A stretch of 64,000 nt of DNA. Origin: Dehalococcoidia bacterium (GTDB taxonomy: Bacteria; Chloroflexota; Dehalococcoidia; Lucifugimonadales; JADFKI01). Shown here in pieces: positions 7,816-17,143 of the stretch. A model generated the notes under the pieces. That model saw only the letters and a list, made by a program, of their open reading frames with translations. It did not search any database and was not told the origin of the DNA. Position 1 is the stretch's first letter, and every line of letters starts with the position of its first letter. A program made the translations under genes and the position numbers. Where the stretch lies: NCBI GenBank assembly GCA_965221045.1, contig CBDCRO010000003.1:96016-160015 (forward strand), read 5' to 3'.

Positions 7816-8883
7816 ATGATAGGAGTCGCACCTTACCAGAGTCATCGCGCAGATGAAGTGATCATCGGAGTCGACACTCACAAGGACCAGCATGTGGCAG
7901 TGGCCATTGACGGGCGAGGTGTCCGGCTTGGCGAGAAATACGTGCCTGCGACCACGTGTGGGTACGAGAAGCTCGAACGGTGGTCCCGCAACTTGGGAGC
8001 GATCCACTCGTTCGGCATAGAGGGCACAGGTTCATACGGAGCCGGAGTCGCACGTTTTATGACCGGCTTGGGCTATGTTGTCATAGAGGTCAACAGGCCT
8101 GATCGGTCTGTCCGCTATCGTAAGGGGAAGAGCGACCCCACCGATGCCGAGATGGCGGCCCGTGCGGCGCTTTCTGGTGTAGCCGACGCCACGCCCAAGT
8201 CGGGCAAGGGCGAAGTCGAGATGATCCGCATGCTTAAGAGCACGAAGGACTCCGCTGTCAAGGCTCGCACCCAGACCGTCAACCAGATGAAGGCTCTGGT
8301 TTTGACTGCTCCCGCAGAGCTACGCGAAATGCTCGATGGTTTGACCACCAGCGCTCTGGCCAAGCGGTGCAGAAACTTCCGTACCTCTCGTCTGCGCGAT
8401 CCAAAGGCGGCGGCCAAGTATGCCCTCCGCTCCCTTGCCTGCCGATACCGTCAGCTCAGTGATGAAGTGCGGAACCTGGAGGCTGAGATTGAAAGGCTCA
8501 CGCTGTCAGTCTCCCCGGCCCTGGTCAACGCCTTCGGTGTGGGACCCGACACGGCTGCAACCCTACTGATTGCCGCGGGGAGTAATCCTGATCGGCTCCG
8601 CACCGAGGCAGCATTCGCTTCACTGTGCGGTGTAAACCCGATACCGGCATCATCCGGCAAGACGAACCGGCATCGGCTCAACCGCGGTGGCGACCGACAG
8701 GCCAACGCCGCGCTCTATCGCATCGTCGTGGTCAGGCTGCGTTACGAGCTGCGGACCCAGGCATACATGCAACGTCGAACTGCAGAGGGAATGAGCAAGC
8801 GCGACATCATCCGCTGTCTCAAACGCTATGTTGCTCGAGAAGTCTACTCGGCCATTCAGAAACCTGCCCAGGCGCTCGATTAA
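7816..8883 (+). CDS. IS110-family transposase (DEDD recombinase)
   Basis: N-terminal domain VIIGVDTHKDQHVAV / FGIEGTGSYG. C-terminal Transposase_20-type SLCGVNPIPASSGKTNRHRLNRGGDRQANAALY. Confidence 0.9.
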   Translation: MIGVAPYQSHRADEVIIGVDTHKDQHVAVAIDGRGVRLGEKYVPATTCGYEKLERWSRNLGAIHSFGIEGTGSYGAGVARFMTGLGYVVIEVNRPDRSVRYRKGKSDPTDAEMAARAALSGVADATPKSGKGEVEMIRMLKSTKDSAVKARTQTVNQMKALVLTAPAELREMLDGLTTSALAKRCRNFRTSRLRDPKAAAKYALRSLACRYRQLSDEVRNLEAEIERLTLSVSPALVNAFGVGPDTAATLLIAAGSNPDRLRTEAAFASLCGVNPIPASSGKTNRHRLNRGGDRQANAALYRIVVVRLRYELRTQAYMQRRTAEGMSKRDIIRCLKRYVAREVYSAIQKPAQALD

Positions 8884-8904
8884 GCTGCTTGACATCTATA
8901 GGAG

Positions 8905-9016
8905 AGTCGCGGTAGGCGTTGAGGCAGTAGAGATGCCAGCGGGTGCTGGGGCTGGCCGTTAGCTCGTAACACCATCGGCAGATGCCGTCAACCGGTGGCT
9001 CTTTCCACCTGGCCAT
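8905..9016 (-). pseudogene. probable N-terminal fragment of the HNH endonuclease gene displaced by the IS110 insertion
   Basis: MARWKEPPVDGICRWCYELTASPSTRWHLYCLNAYR resembles the Cys-rich N-terminus of a phage-type HNH family (C.WC...W..C...YR). The reading then runs into the IS right end. Confidence 0.4.
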
Positions 9017-9415
9017 GCGGTTCACGAGACGTCTGCGATGCTCTGCCGGATGCCTGCGGTGGTGCAGCACGAGTCCCCGGAGCTGGCGTTGCCTGATGTG
9101 AGTCTTCAAGTGCTGCCTCGACCACTGACAAGGCGGTTTTATTAGGGCCTGCCGCCTGTCTATTATACCACAGAAACGCCTGTAATACGGCAGAAAACGG
9201 GTATGCTATGGTATTGCTGCCCTCGAAATAATCGCTCTACGGCGATTCTGTGGCGATGGTTTTTCGGCGATGTGCTCGATTTGCGCGAAATCTGGGATTT
9301 TGCGCCTGAAATTCGCATCTAGCAGCTCGTGGCGAGAGCGACCGACGCATATCCTTTGACATTGACTCCAGACCGACTAAACTCAGTGTCATCAAAGCTC
9401 TCCGGAGGACGCGCT

Positions 9416-9706
9416 ATGACAAGACCTGTTGAATTCGAGTTGACCATCTCCTGTCTCCAGTGCGATTGGTCGGTCGATACAGTGAACACTCCGGTCGAGG
9501 TGTCACGAGCGTTCCTCGAAGCCGCGCACGCCCACGCGAACGAACATGAGCAGCACGCCTTGGAGGCGGTGCAGCGGATGCGGATTTACAGCGAGAATTA
9601 TGTCGAGCCTGCGCCAACTGCTCAGGATGCGCGAGATAGGACAGTTCGGCGTGACCCGGGAATCCAGACCGGCTTTCTTGACCAAGCACGCCGCCAAGAC
9701 CATTAG
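9416..9706 (+). CDS. hypothetical protein
   Basis: SD GGAGGA at 9404-9409 lies 6 nt before the ATG at 9416. 96 aa, no recognisable domain. Confidence 0.45.
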   Translation: MTRPVEFELTISCLQCDWSVDTVNTPVEVSRAFLEAAHAHANEHEQHALEAVQRMRIYSENYVEPAPTAQDARDRTVRRDPGIQTGFLDQARRQDH

Positions 9707-9728
9707 ATACGAAACATCGGAGAAGAAA

Positions 9729-10073
9729 ATGGCATCGACAGCATCACGCCTCCGTTCAGATTTGACTTGTTTAACTCAAGAGTTGGTAGCCTTGGTACAG
9801 GAGTTACCGGTCAAACGACTAGAGAGATTTGGAGCTGGAATCGCCATCATTGCTCCGGAATATTACTGGGGTGAACTGTCCGACGAGCAGCTCAATGCCC
9901 AGCTCGCTCTCAAGCGTGAGTATGAAGAATGGTACGAAGTATTCCGCTCGGTTTTTGCGAATGCTACCATCAATCTCAACAAGAGAATGAAGAAAGCTGA
10001 CAAGAGCTTCCGCAAGTGGGTAGAACTGCGCTCAAATTGGTCGATTCAGCCCGACCCCAAATCCAATGAGTAG
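9729..10073 (+). CDS. hypothetical helical protein (possibly the N-terminal part of the downstream PIN protein)
   Basis: SD GGAGAAG precedes the ATG at 9729. It ends at TAG 10071-10073, in the same frame as the PIN ORF that follows. Confidence 0.5.
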   Translation: MASTASRLRSDLTCLTQELVALVQELPVKRLERFGAGIAIIAPEYYWGELSDEQLNAQLALKREYEEWYEVFRSVFANATINLNKRMKKADKSFRKWVELRSNWSIQPDPKSNE

Positions 10074-10094
10074 AATTTACGAGATGACGCAAAC

Positions 10095-10592
10095 TTGTTC
10101 ATGGATTTACTCGCGGTCATAGAAGCTGGTGGAACAATGGCACCAGTTTTAATTCCCGACACAAACGCAATAGCTGACAATCCGGACCCTACGCAGTATA
10201 GGGCCATAACCGGTGATGACAGTTTCATATTCTTGCTGTTACCTACGGTTCTCGGTGAACTGGATCAACTGAAGAATAATCACCGGAACCCTGACTTTAG
10301 AGAGAAGGTGAATAAGGCAATCACAAGGATTAAAGGGTGGCGTCACCAGGGGCATCTTCCCAGCGGTGTAACAGTAGACGGAACCATCACAGTCAAGGCA
10401 GTTGCTAAGGAGCCAGATATGTCAGCCACTCTAACGTGGCTCGACAAAGAAAACCGTGACGACCGCATTATCGCCAGCGTTCTGGATATTCAATCATCTT
10501 ACCCGAACGCGCAGGTAGTTCTTATTACTGGTGACATTAACTTGTCAAACAAGGCGGACCTAGCGCGGATCGAAACCTCCGAAATTGGTTAA
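10095..10592 (+). CDS. PIN-domain nuclease (PhoH/YlaK-N-terminal-like PIN)
   Basis: Acidic PIN signatures are VLIPDTNAI, PTVLGELDQLK, NRDDRIIASVLD and VVLITGDINLSNKA. The start is uncertain (TTG 10095, ATG 10101 or ATG 10137). Confidence 0.75.
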   Translation: MFMDLLAVIEAGGTMAPVLIPDTNAIADNPDPTQYRAITGDDSFIFLLLPTVLGELDQLKNNHRNPDFREKVNKAITRIKGWRHQGHLPSGVTVDGTITVKAVAKEPDMSATLTWLDKENRDDRIIASVLDIQSSYPNAQVVLITGDINLSNKADLARIETSEIG

Positions 10593-10789
10593 GGCTGACG
10601 CAGATCACTCTAACTAGAGCTAGGACGGCCTGAAATTCTTGATGCAACGTTTTACCCGATTCCGTTGCAAGAGCAGTGTCTCGGCCTATAGCGGCTTGAC
10701 CTCCAGCTTGCAAATAAAACCTTGCCCATCGCCCATGTCTTAACGTGATATTATGGCTGCGTAACGAGTCAAGAGACGGAGTTCACGCG

Positions 10790-11392
10790 ATGGGTTACGG
10801 CCATTGTATGTATTTGGACAAGGACTTCGACCGGGCCGCATTTGCTGCAGCTACTGAAGATGTCAGAACGCTAATCAGGCGCGTTGAAATCAAGCTCGCG
10901 GGTCCCTGGGGCAAGCCCGACACAGTGCCGGTTGTTGAGTGCGACCGTATTGGTTTCAACGGCATAAATCGCAACTGCGCCTGCGATGGGTACGAATCTC
11001 AAGACATTACCCCGTGTCCGCCTCACTGCTTATCAGTAGGACCATATCTGAATGAAGCATGCACTGGTGGATTCTGGGTGGCTTTCAGGTCGGAAACACC
11101 GATGGAGAGTCTCTTCTATGACAATGCCTGGTGGTTCGACTTCACGACTCGGCGCAAACCCTTTGACAAGATGGTGATGCTGGCGATGATAGCCTTGAAA
11201 CATCACCTTGGAGATTCAGTTGAAATGGTCTCTAAGGGCAGGTGGGCTATCGAGTGGGGAGCGGGTTACAGTTGGTCATCCGATCTGGAACCTCAGCGGA
11301 AACCGAAAGGGGCCGTAGAAATATATGAGCATGTGTTCCCAGATCGTGCCCCGGTGCAGAAAATCCTAAGCGAGGAAGGCGAAGGCGCTTAG
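10790..11392 (+). CDS. hypothetical Cys-rich protein
   Basis: The 200-aa ORF from ATG 10790 shows coding-like composition but no recognisable domain. Confidence 0.45.
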   Translation: MGYGHCMYLDKDFDRAAFAAATEDVRTLIRRVEIKLAGPWGKPDTVPVVECDRIGFNGINRNCACDGYESQDITPCPPHCLSVGPYLNEACTGGFWVAFRSETPMESLFYDNAWWFDFTTRRKPFDKMVMLAMIALKHHLGDSVEMVSKGRWAIEWGAGYSWSSDLEPQRKPKGAVEIYEHVFPDRAPVQKILSEEGEGA

Positions 11393-11539
11393 TTGCGACT
11401 TCTCGATGCAACAATTTACTGTATTTCCTTGCATTTCCTCTCCGAATGTCTGGGTGCGAGCTGACCACGGCTGACCGCCCCGACCGCATGGAGCCTTGTC
11501 TTAACTAAATCAAGTTAGGAGCATTGGGCATGCAGGCTC

Positions 11540-11752
11540 TCACGGTTCCAGGTGCCGTTGCCCCATATCTCGGCTTATTCGCTGAAATGAGTCATCCAGC
11601 AAGGCGACGCGCTGCTGCCGGTACGGAGCGTCGCCCATTGCCACCCAGCGAAGGTAGTCTCTGACCATCGCTGACAGAGTGGTGTCCTTGTCGATGACAA
11701 TCTTGCGGACCTTCCTTACGATCTCTTCGTCAATGTTCAGCGTGATATTCAT
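11540..11752 (-). CDS. ribbon-helix-helix (CopG/VapB-like) protein
   Basis: MNITLNIDEEIVRKVRKIVIDKDTTLSAMVRDYLRWVA follows the typical RHH beta-alpha-alpha pattern. Confidence 0.6.
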   Translation of the reverse strand: MNITLNIDEEIVRKVRKIVIDKDTTLSAMVRDYLRWVAMGDAPYRQQRVALLDDSFQRISRDMGQRHLEP

Positions 11753-12065
11753 TTACTTCCCTGAGTGAATCGAATGGCCCGTATGTGAGCCGTTCCCTCT
11801 CCCGTCGTACCGAACTATCCACGGCAGCAGATTCGGGCGTAAGGCTGTACTCGACACCAATCTCATCCAAAAACTGAGCAAGGTTGCCATCGGCCTCGTA
11901 TGCCTCAAGCAGATGGCCTAATCCTTTTTTGGCACGGTCAATGGCCCCATCGAACGTGTCTGATAACCCAGTTAAATTGAACGGCATTATCGTAGCGGCG
12001 TACAGGTGCTCGGCTCTTTGCGCTACGTGTATTTCCACCTCAAAGTTGACGTTGGTATCTGTCAT
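11730..12065 (-). CDS. HicB-like (UPF0150 fold) protein, tentative
   Basis: FEVEIHVAQRAEHLYAATIMPFNLTGLSDTFDGAIDRAKKGLGHLLEAY resembles the HicB N-domain pattern. It overlaps the RHH ORF by 23 nt in another frame. Confidence 0.35.
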   Translation of the reverse strand: MTDTNVNFEVEIHVAQRAEHLYAATIMPFNLTGLSDTFDGAIDRAKKGLGHLLEAYEADGNLAQFLDEIGVEYSLTPESAAVDSSVRRERERLTYGPFDSLREVNEYHAEH

Positions 12066-12330
12066 AGTTCTCTGCCTGCCCCGGAATTTAGGATGAATCA
12101 ATTATAAGAGAAGCGTCGCTAGAATTGGGTCGCCGCTGACACGGGAGACGCAATTACCCTGTTCCGCGCTCTTTTTCCTTTACAACACCGCCGTATCTCC
12201 CGCACTCCCTTCAATACCTTCTGATAGGATTATTTCTGAGTATAATAATTGGCGTAACACCTACTCCACCCCGGTGTTGCCACAAGGCATCGGCGCTCCA
12301 TACATCTGAAGAAGAGAAGATACAGACCGC

Positions 12331-14202
12331 ATGAAAAAACTCGTGTCCGTCATAGGCGTCCTAATAACAATGGTGACGTTGCTGTTATCCACTTTAGCGT
12401 GCAGCGAGAATCAAAGCACCTTCTCCGACAGCCAACAATCCAATACTGATGCAACCGCACCCAACTCTCGTGATTCCAGTCAACCCATAACTATCCAATT
12501 TATCGGCGGTGATGACCTTTCGGATGAAGGCAGACTTTCACTGGCCGACCTCGTCGAGCGCATCCAAGCGAGCGTAGTCCAGATCGAGACTGCATCTGGG
12601 AACGGGACAGGCTTCATAATCAGTGCTGATGGCATAGTAGTAACCAACGAGCATGTTGTTGATGGAGCACGCACCGTGACCGTATGGGTGGCAGGTGGAC
12701 GAAGCTTTAGCGGTAATGTGCTTGAGCGAAACGTAGTGGCCGACATTGCGCTTGTCCAGATAGATAGCAAAGACAGATTCGCCGACATCGTGGTAGGAGA
12801 CCCCGACAAAACCAGGGTGGGCGACGAAGTGCTCGCTCTTGGCTTCCCGCTTGCTGACAGAATCGGAAGCAATCTGACTGTGACGCGCGGCATCATCTCT
12901 TCCACCAGGAAAGTCGCGGGAGTTGACCTTTTCCAAACGGACGCGGCGATCAACCCGGGCAACAGCGGAGGGCCGCTCGTCAATATGGATGGTGCGGTTA
13001 TTGGCGTCAATACATCCAAGATTGACGCGACGGCTGGCGGAAGGCCTGTGGACAACATAGGCTTCGCGGTTTCCGTTATCGAGTTGGAGCGACGGCTGAG
13101 CACTCTGAAGGGCACTCAGATCATTGCCCGTGGTACGCCCACGCCAACTTACACTCCGTCCCTGACTCCCACTCCTTCAATCATACCCACGCCTTCCATT
13201 ACGCCAACTCCGTCCAACACCTCAACTATTACCCCAACTCCGACAGTGACGTTGACTCCCACCCAGACACTCACTCCGACGATAACCCCAGTGCCCACAG
13301 TCACGCCTACTCCGACCATAACACCCACGCCGACGAATACCCTTACACCAACGCCAACTCATACTCCGACACCTACCTGGACGCCCACGGCAACTTTAAC
13401 GCCCACGTTGACGCCCACACCTATACCGCCGTTCGTGGAGATTACGAGTGGAGAAAATCATGTCTGTGGACTTCGTGCCGATGGTAGCGTTGTATGCCGT
13501 GGGCTTATACCTGAGCCTCCAAGCGATGAGCGGTTCAAATCAATAAGTAGTGCCAAGAGCTATTCCTGCGGTCTGCGCGAAGATGGCACGGCTATCTGCT
13601 GGGGTTATTACTTCGGTAGTGACCCAATGACCCCCCCAGAAAACGAGCGTTTCAAATCTATTAGCAGCGGATACGTTCAGGCATGTGGTTTGCGTGAGGA
13701 CGGCATTGCTGTTTGTTGGGGGGAAGGTGCACATCAACCGCCGGAACATGAACGATTCGAATCCATTAGTATTGGCCAGTATCCTGCCTGTGGTTTGCGT
13801 AATGATGGTTTCGTTGTCTGTTGGCGTAGGGGATCGGTGAATAAGCCTCCACAAGATGAGAAGTTTATATCCATTAGTAGCGGTGGACGTAAAGTATGCG
13901 GATTGCGTGAGAATGGTTCTATCGCCTGTTGGACTGGACCTGGTGGCTCTTATGTCCCCGGGAAAGCAAAGGGGTTGACATTCATATCTGTCAGCAGTGG
14001 CTGGCGGCACGCATGTGGTCTGAGAGATGATGGGAGTGCCATCTGCTGGGGAGATGATTATGGCGAAGCAACCCCTCCCGAAGGCGAGAAGTTTATCGCC
14101 CTGAGTAGCGGCGGACGCCATACTTGTGGACTTCAAGAGGATGGCGTTATCGTCTGCTGGGGCAGTAACTCACATGGTCAGTCTCATCCGCCGTTGAGGT
14201 GA
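12331..14202 (+). CDS. lipoprotein: S1C (HtrA/trypsin-like) serine protease fused to RCC1-like repeats
   Basis: Lipobox LSTLAC. The protease triad context reads [17 protein letters not shown] and [13 protein letters not shown] ~100-aa Pro/Thr linker follows. After it come about 8 repeats of type H/Y.CGLR.DG...CWG (RCC1/beta-propeller-like). Confidence 0.85.
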   Translation: MKKLVSVIGVLITMVTLLLSTLACSENQSTFSDSQQSNTDATAPNSRDSSQPITIQFIGGDDLSDEGRLSLADLVERIQASVVQIETASGNGTGFIISADGIVVTNEHVVDGARTVTVWVAGGRSFSGNVLERNVVADIALVQIDSKDRFADIVVGDPDKTRVGDEVLALGFPLADRIGSNLTVTRGIISSTRKVAGVDLFQTDAAINPGNSGGPLVNMDGAVIGVNTSKIDATAGGRPVDNIGFAVSVIELERRLSTLKGTQIIARGTPTPTYTPSLTPTPSIIPTPSITPTPSNTSTITPTPTVTLTPTQTLTPTITPVPTVTPTPTITPTPTNTLTPTPTHTPTPTWTPTATLTPTLTPTPIPPFVEITSGENHVCGLRADGSVVCRGLIPEPPSDERFKSISSAKSYSCGLREDGTAICWGYYFGSDPMTPPENERFKSISSGYVQACGLREDGIAVCWGEGAHQPPEHERFESISIGQYPACGLRNDGFVVCWRRGSVNKPPQDEKFISISSGGRKVCGLRENGSIACWTGPGGSYVPGKAKGLTFISVSSGWRHACGLRDDGSAICWGDDYGEATPPEGEKFIALSSGGRHTCGLQEDGVIVCWGSNSHGQSHPPLR

Positions 14203-14260
14203 AATTAGTTAGGACTGGACAGGTTATAAACCCATGGTGATGTGGAAAGAGGTGTCAAAT

Positions 14261-14701
14261 ATGCCAATGCGTCGAGGGCAGACTGTTCAACGCCCGCTCC
14301 AGGGCACTGAAGCGCTAGGAGTGCTGCAACGTCTAGCAGACGAGAATCCTGATATGTCTGATGTCGTACTTGAACTTGGGGCCAGAATTCTTGAATTGGA
14401 CGGTGTTGGCCTACGGGACAGAACCTTGACTTACGATGTGGCGTTTGTGTTCAGAAAAGCCTTTGCGACTTTCGTCACACCTTCTTACCAAGGTTTTATC
14501 AATGCAAGAAACAGCATATCTGGCTTGGTAAGTGTTCAAGTGCACGGTGTGTCACCTGAGCAGTTTGCCCAGGTCGAAGATGACTTAAGTCCTTGGTCTA
14601 ACGGCAAGGGTCTGCATGTCATAAGAGTCAGAAATCAAGGGGATGTTGAGTCCGCGTTTCGTGTCATCCAAGTAGCTTATGATTGGGCGGCAAGCGGCTA
14701 G
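14261..14701 (+). CDS. hypothetical protein
   Basis: SD GAAAGAGG lies 8 nt before the ATG at 14261. 146 aa, no recognisable domain. Confidence 0.45.
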   Translation: MPMRRGQTVQRPLQGTEALGVLQRLADENPDMSDVVLELGARILELDGVGLRDRTLTYDVAFVFRKAFATFVTPSYQGFINARNSISGLVSVQVHGVSPEQFAQVEDDLSPWSNGKGLHVIRVRNQGDVESAFRVIQVAYDWAASG

Positions 14702-14911
14702 GTTTCTGGTGTCCCATGACACTCTGACGAGGCACTCTGCGACACTTCGTACCGCTGCAAGACTCTGAAACAAATTACCGCCTCTTATTGCAAGGGATGC
14801 CGAACCAGTCCAGGTGGCACACCGCCATACCCCTGATGTCCAAGCCTTGCTGGTGGTATAATGACCGCAGTCGGCAGTCGCTCAACTCACTCAGACTCGG
14901 AGAGGTCCGCG

Positions 14912-15664
14912 ATGACCAGCAAGACGACTACACTCATACAGGAAGAGGGCAAGCTAGAACGCTTCCCCGACTTCCCACCGCGGGAAGACATGCAGAACAC
15001 GTCCCATCTTCACCGTCGCTCGATTCTGACCGCCCTTGCCATACACATCGGCAATCCGGAGACGGCCCTGGTGCATGGAGAAGTCCCTGTTGCTCCGACG
15101 CTGGACCCTTGGGGTGCCTATCGAATACCCGATCTTATCGTTGTGTATGACTGCGACATTGCGCTTGTAGACGAGCAGGGTGGATATGCGATAGACCGTC
15201 AGGGCAAGGCCCCGGACTTCGTGCTGGAGGTGGCATCTCGGTCCACTGGAAGAGCGGACTACACGGACAAGCGTCGGGACTATGAGCGGTTCGGCATCGC
15301 TGAATACTGGCGGTTCGACCCGAGTGGCGGCGAGTACCACGACGCGGCGCTTGCTGGGGACAGGCTGGTAGACGGTGTGTATGAGCCGATAGTCATTGAG
15401 ACACTGGATGATGATCGTCTTCGTGGATACAGCGACGCGCTGGGGTTGTATGTGTGCTGGGAGGCCGGGATGTTGCGGTTCTTCGACCCCGGGACGGAGA
15501 GCTATCTTGACACTCACGAGGAGGAGCGAGCCGGTCGTATGGCTGCTCAGGCCCGCGCCAGCACCGCCGAGGCTCGCGCCGAGGAAGAGCGGGCCGGTCG
15601 CGTGGCGGCAGAGTCGCGTCTTGCGGAGCTTGAGGCCGAGCTTCGACGCTTGCGCGACGAATAG
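14912..15664 (+). CDS. Uma2-family (DUF820) endonuclease with C-terminal coiled-coil repeat
   Basis: RIPDLIVVYDC...APDFVLEVASRSTGRADYTDKRRDYERFGIAEYWRFDP matches the Uma2 PD-(D/E)xK pattern. The tail has a duplicated EEERAGR(M/V)AA unit. SD CGGAGAGG precedes the ATG at 14912. Confidence 0.8.
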   Translation: MTSKTTTLIQEEGKLERFPDFPPREDMQNTSHLHRRSILTALAIHIGNPETALVHGEVPVAPTLDPWGAYRIPDLIVVYDCDIALVDEQGGYAIDRQGKAPDFVLEVASRSTGRADYTDKRRDYERFGIAEYWRFDPSGGEYHDAALAGDRLVDGVYEPIVIETLDDDRLRGYSDALGLYVCWEAGMLRFFDPGTESYLDTHEEERAGRMAAQARASTAEARAEEERAGRVAAESRLAELEAELRRLRDE

Positions 15665-15853
15665 ACCGCTTCCCTCTCGTCCGTCGTCCCCCGGACACGC
15701 TCCTTCGTGCGCAAATCCCCCTGAGAAGCCCGTGCAAGGAAATACTCACATCTGTTGCATCGTGCCGCCCCTTTCGCGCAGGTGAAAATCCGGATCTGCG
15801 CAGACGGTTTCAGGCGCGAAAACACCGTCTTGAGACCGCTTTTTGGGCCTCCG

Positions 15854-15889
15854 CTAAGTGCGTTATAATTGCCCTTATACCGCACTTAG
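15854..15889. promoter_or_regulatory. 9-bp inverted repeat bracketing a TATAAT box upstream of the integrase gene
   Basis: CTAAGTGCG (15854-15862), TATAAT (15864-15869) and CGCACTTAG (15881-15889), followed by AGGAAG and the ATG at 15902. Confidence 0.35.
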
Positions 15890-15901
15890 GAAGTTGCCAA
15901 A

Positions 15902-16861
15902 ATGACCCTCCAGACACAGCAACCGACGACAGAAACCGCACCGGCCGTCCTGACCGACGAACAGCGCCGGCGAGTGGCGGACGCTCTCGAGAGTGCCCAG
16001 TCAGAAAACACTCGCAAGAACTACGCCAGCCAGTTCGGGGAATTCAGGACCTGGTGCGAGCAGGAAGGTTATTCTCATCTTCCGGCACAGCCCGAGGTAC
16101 TGGCCGCATATGCTGCGGAGCTTGCTGATGAAGGCAAGAGCATGTCGACGATCCGGCTTGCGGTCGCGGCAATCGTCGATGCTCACAGACGGGTGGGTAT
16201 GGAGTCTCCTCAGACAGCGGGTGTAACGGAGACTCTGCGAGGTCTGTCAAGGCAGATAGGCGTCAGCCAGAAGCAGGCGAGACCGCTGGATGCAGATGCC
16301 CTTGCAGCGATCCGCGCGACGGCGCTCAACCCACGAAGGTCAAGAGGCGGGTCGTATGAGACGGAGGAGACAGCTCTCAGACGCGGCCGGCTCGACATCG
16401 CCCTGGCGTCCGTGATGTCCGATGCGGGCCTACGGATCTCCGAAGCCGCAAATCTCAAGTGGCGCGACGTGCTCGATGCCGAAGATGGAGCCGGGCTGGT
16501 GTACATCGAGCGTTCGAAGACGGACCAGGAAGGTGAGGGCGCCTACGTGGTGGTCACACCCGATACCTTGACTGCGTTGAAGCAGCTACGAGAGGACTCA
16601 GAGACGTGGCGCGACGACCATCCCGTTTTCGGTCTCTCGATGTCACAGATAAGTCGGCGCGTGGACAGCATGGCGAGAGCTGCCGGGCTGGGTGAGGGAT
16701 ACTCGGGTCACTCCGGCCGCGTGGGCCTGGCAATCAGGATGACACGCAGGGGAGCTCCGTTGCAGGCGGTGCAGACGCACGGGCGCTGGAAGTCTCCGTC
16801 GATGCCTGCGAGGTACACCAGGAGTGAGAAGGCGCTTGAGGCGCTTGAGTGGCTCGTCTGA
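15902..16861 (+). CDS. tyrosine recombinase / phage-type integrase
   Basis: N-terminal SAM-like domain (NTRKNYASQFGEFRTWCEQEG...STIRLAVAAIVDAHR). Catalytic region GLRISEAANLKWRDV ... HSGRVGLAIRM ... HGRWKSPSMPARY. Confidence 0.85.
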   Translation: MTLQTQQPTTETAPAVLTDEQRRRVADALESAQSENTRKNYASQFGEFRTWCEQEGYSHLPAQPEVLAAYAAELADEGKSMSTIRLAVAAIVDAHRRVGMESPQTAGVTETLRGLSRQIGVSQKQARPLDADALAAIRATALNPRRSRGGSYETEETALRRGRLDIALASVMSDAGLRISEAANLKWRDVLDAEDGAGLVYIERSKTDQEGEGAYVVVTPDTLTALKQLREDSETWRDDHPVFGLSMSQISRRVDSMARAAGLGEGYSGHSGRVGLAIRMTRRGAPLQAVQTHGRWKSPSMPARYTRSEKALEALEWLV

Positions 16862-16972
16862 CAATGGTCTTCGGCCATCTACTGCATGGTCTTGTGCAAC
16901 ATCGCTTGAAATCAAGAACGGGTGCTATCATCTTATTGATGAAATTGCTTCCGTAAGATAGGTTCAGATAAA

Positions 16973-17143
16973 TTGACGCCCTCGTTCGACGCTTCTGAGA
17001 TTGACCATTGGCCCGACACAGTTGAAACTGCGCACAAACTGCCAGAGCTCATTCGGCGTCTCGTGCTGGCGACTCTCACCGAACCGCCATCGCGAATTGA
17101 TATGCGGAGAGGAAGCTCCGTAAGAATGTCGGGGTGGGACGGC
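16973..17143 (+). pseudogene. 5' fragment of an unidentified gene, truncated where the YA-repeat gene ends
   Basis: The first ~57 codons look protein-like (FDASEIDHWPDTVETAHKLPELIRRLVLATLTEPPSRIDMRRGSSVRMSGWDG). Beyond them the ORF runs antisense into the 3' end of 17144-18343. Confidence 0.25.

Larger units (their letters stand above)
7654..8905 (+). mobile_element. IS110-family element, type 1, copy 1 (right boundary approximate)
   Basis: The left end is defined by the onset of homology with the second copy (ACTGGCTCAGATGCC at 7654 and 62958). No terminal inverted repeats, as is usual for IS110. Confidence 0.7.

Noticed and set aside
13140-13430. Short-period repetitive DNA (also at 40800-41050, 41880-42200, 43590-43740 and 6530-6760) was considered as a possible CRISPR array or non-coding tandem repeat.
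   Set aside because: All of these lie inside ORFs and encode Pro/Thr/Ala-rich interdomain linkers (TPTPTxTPTP). They show no repeat-spacer organisation of 25-40 nt units.
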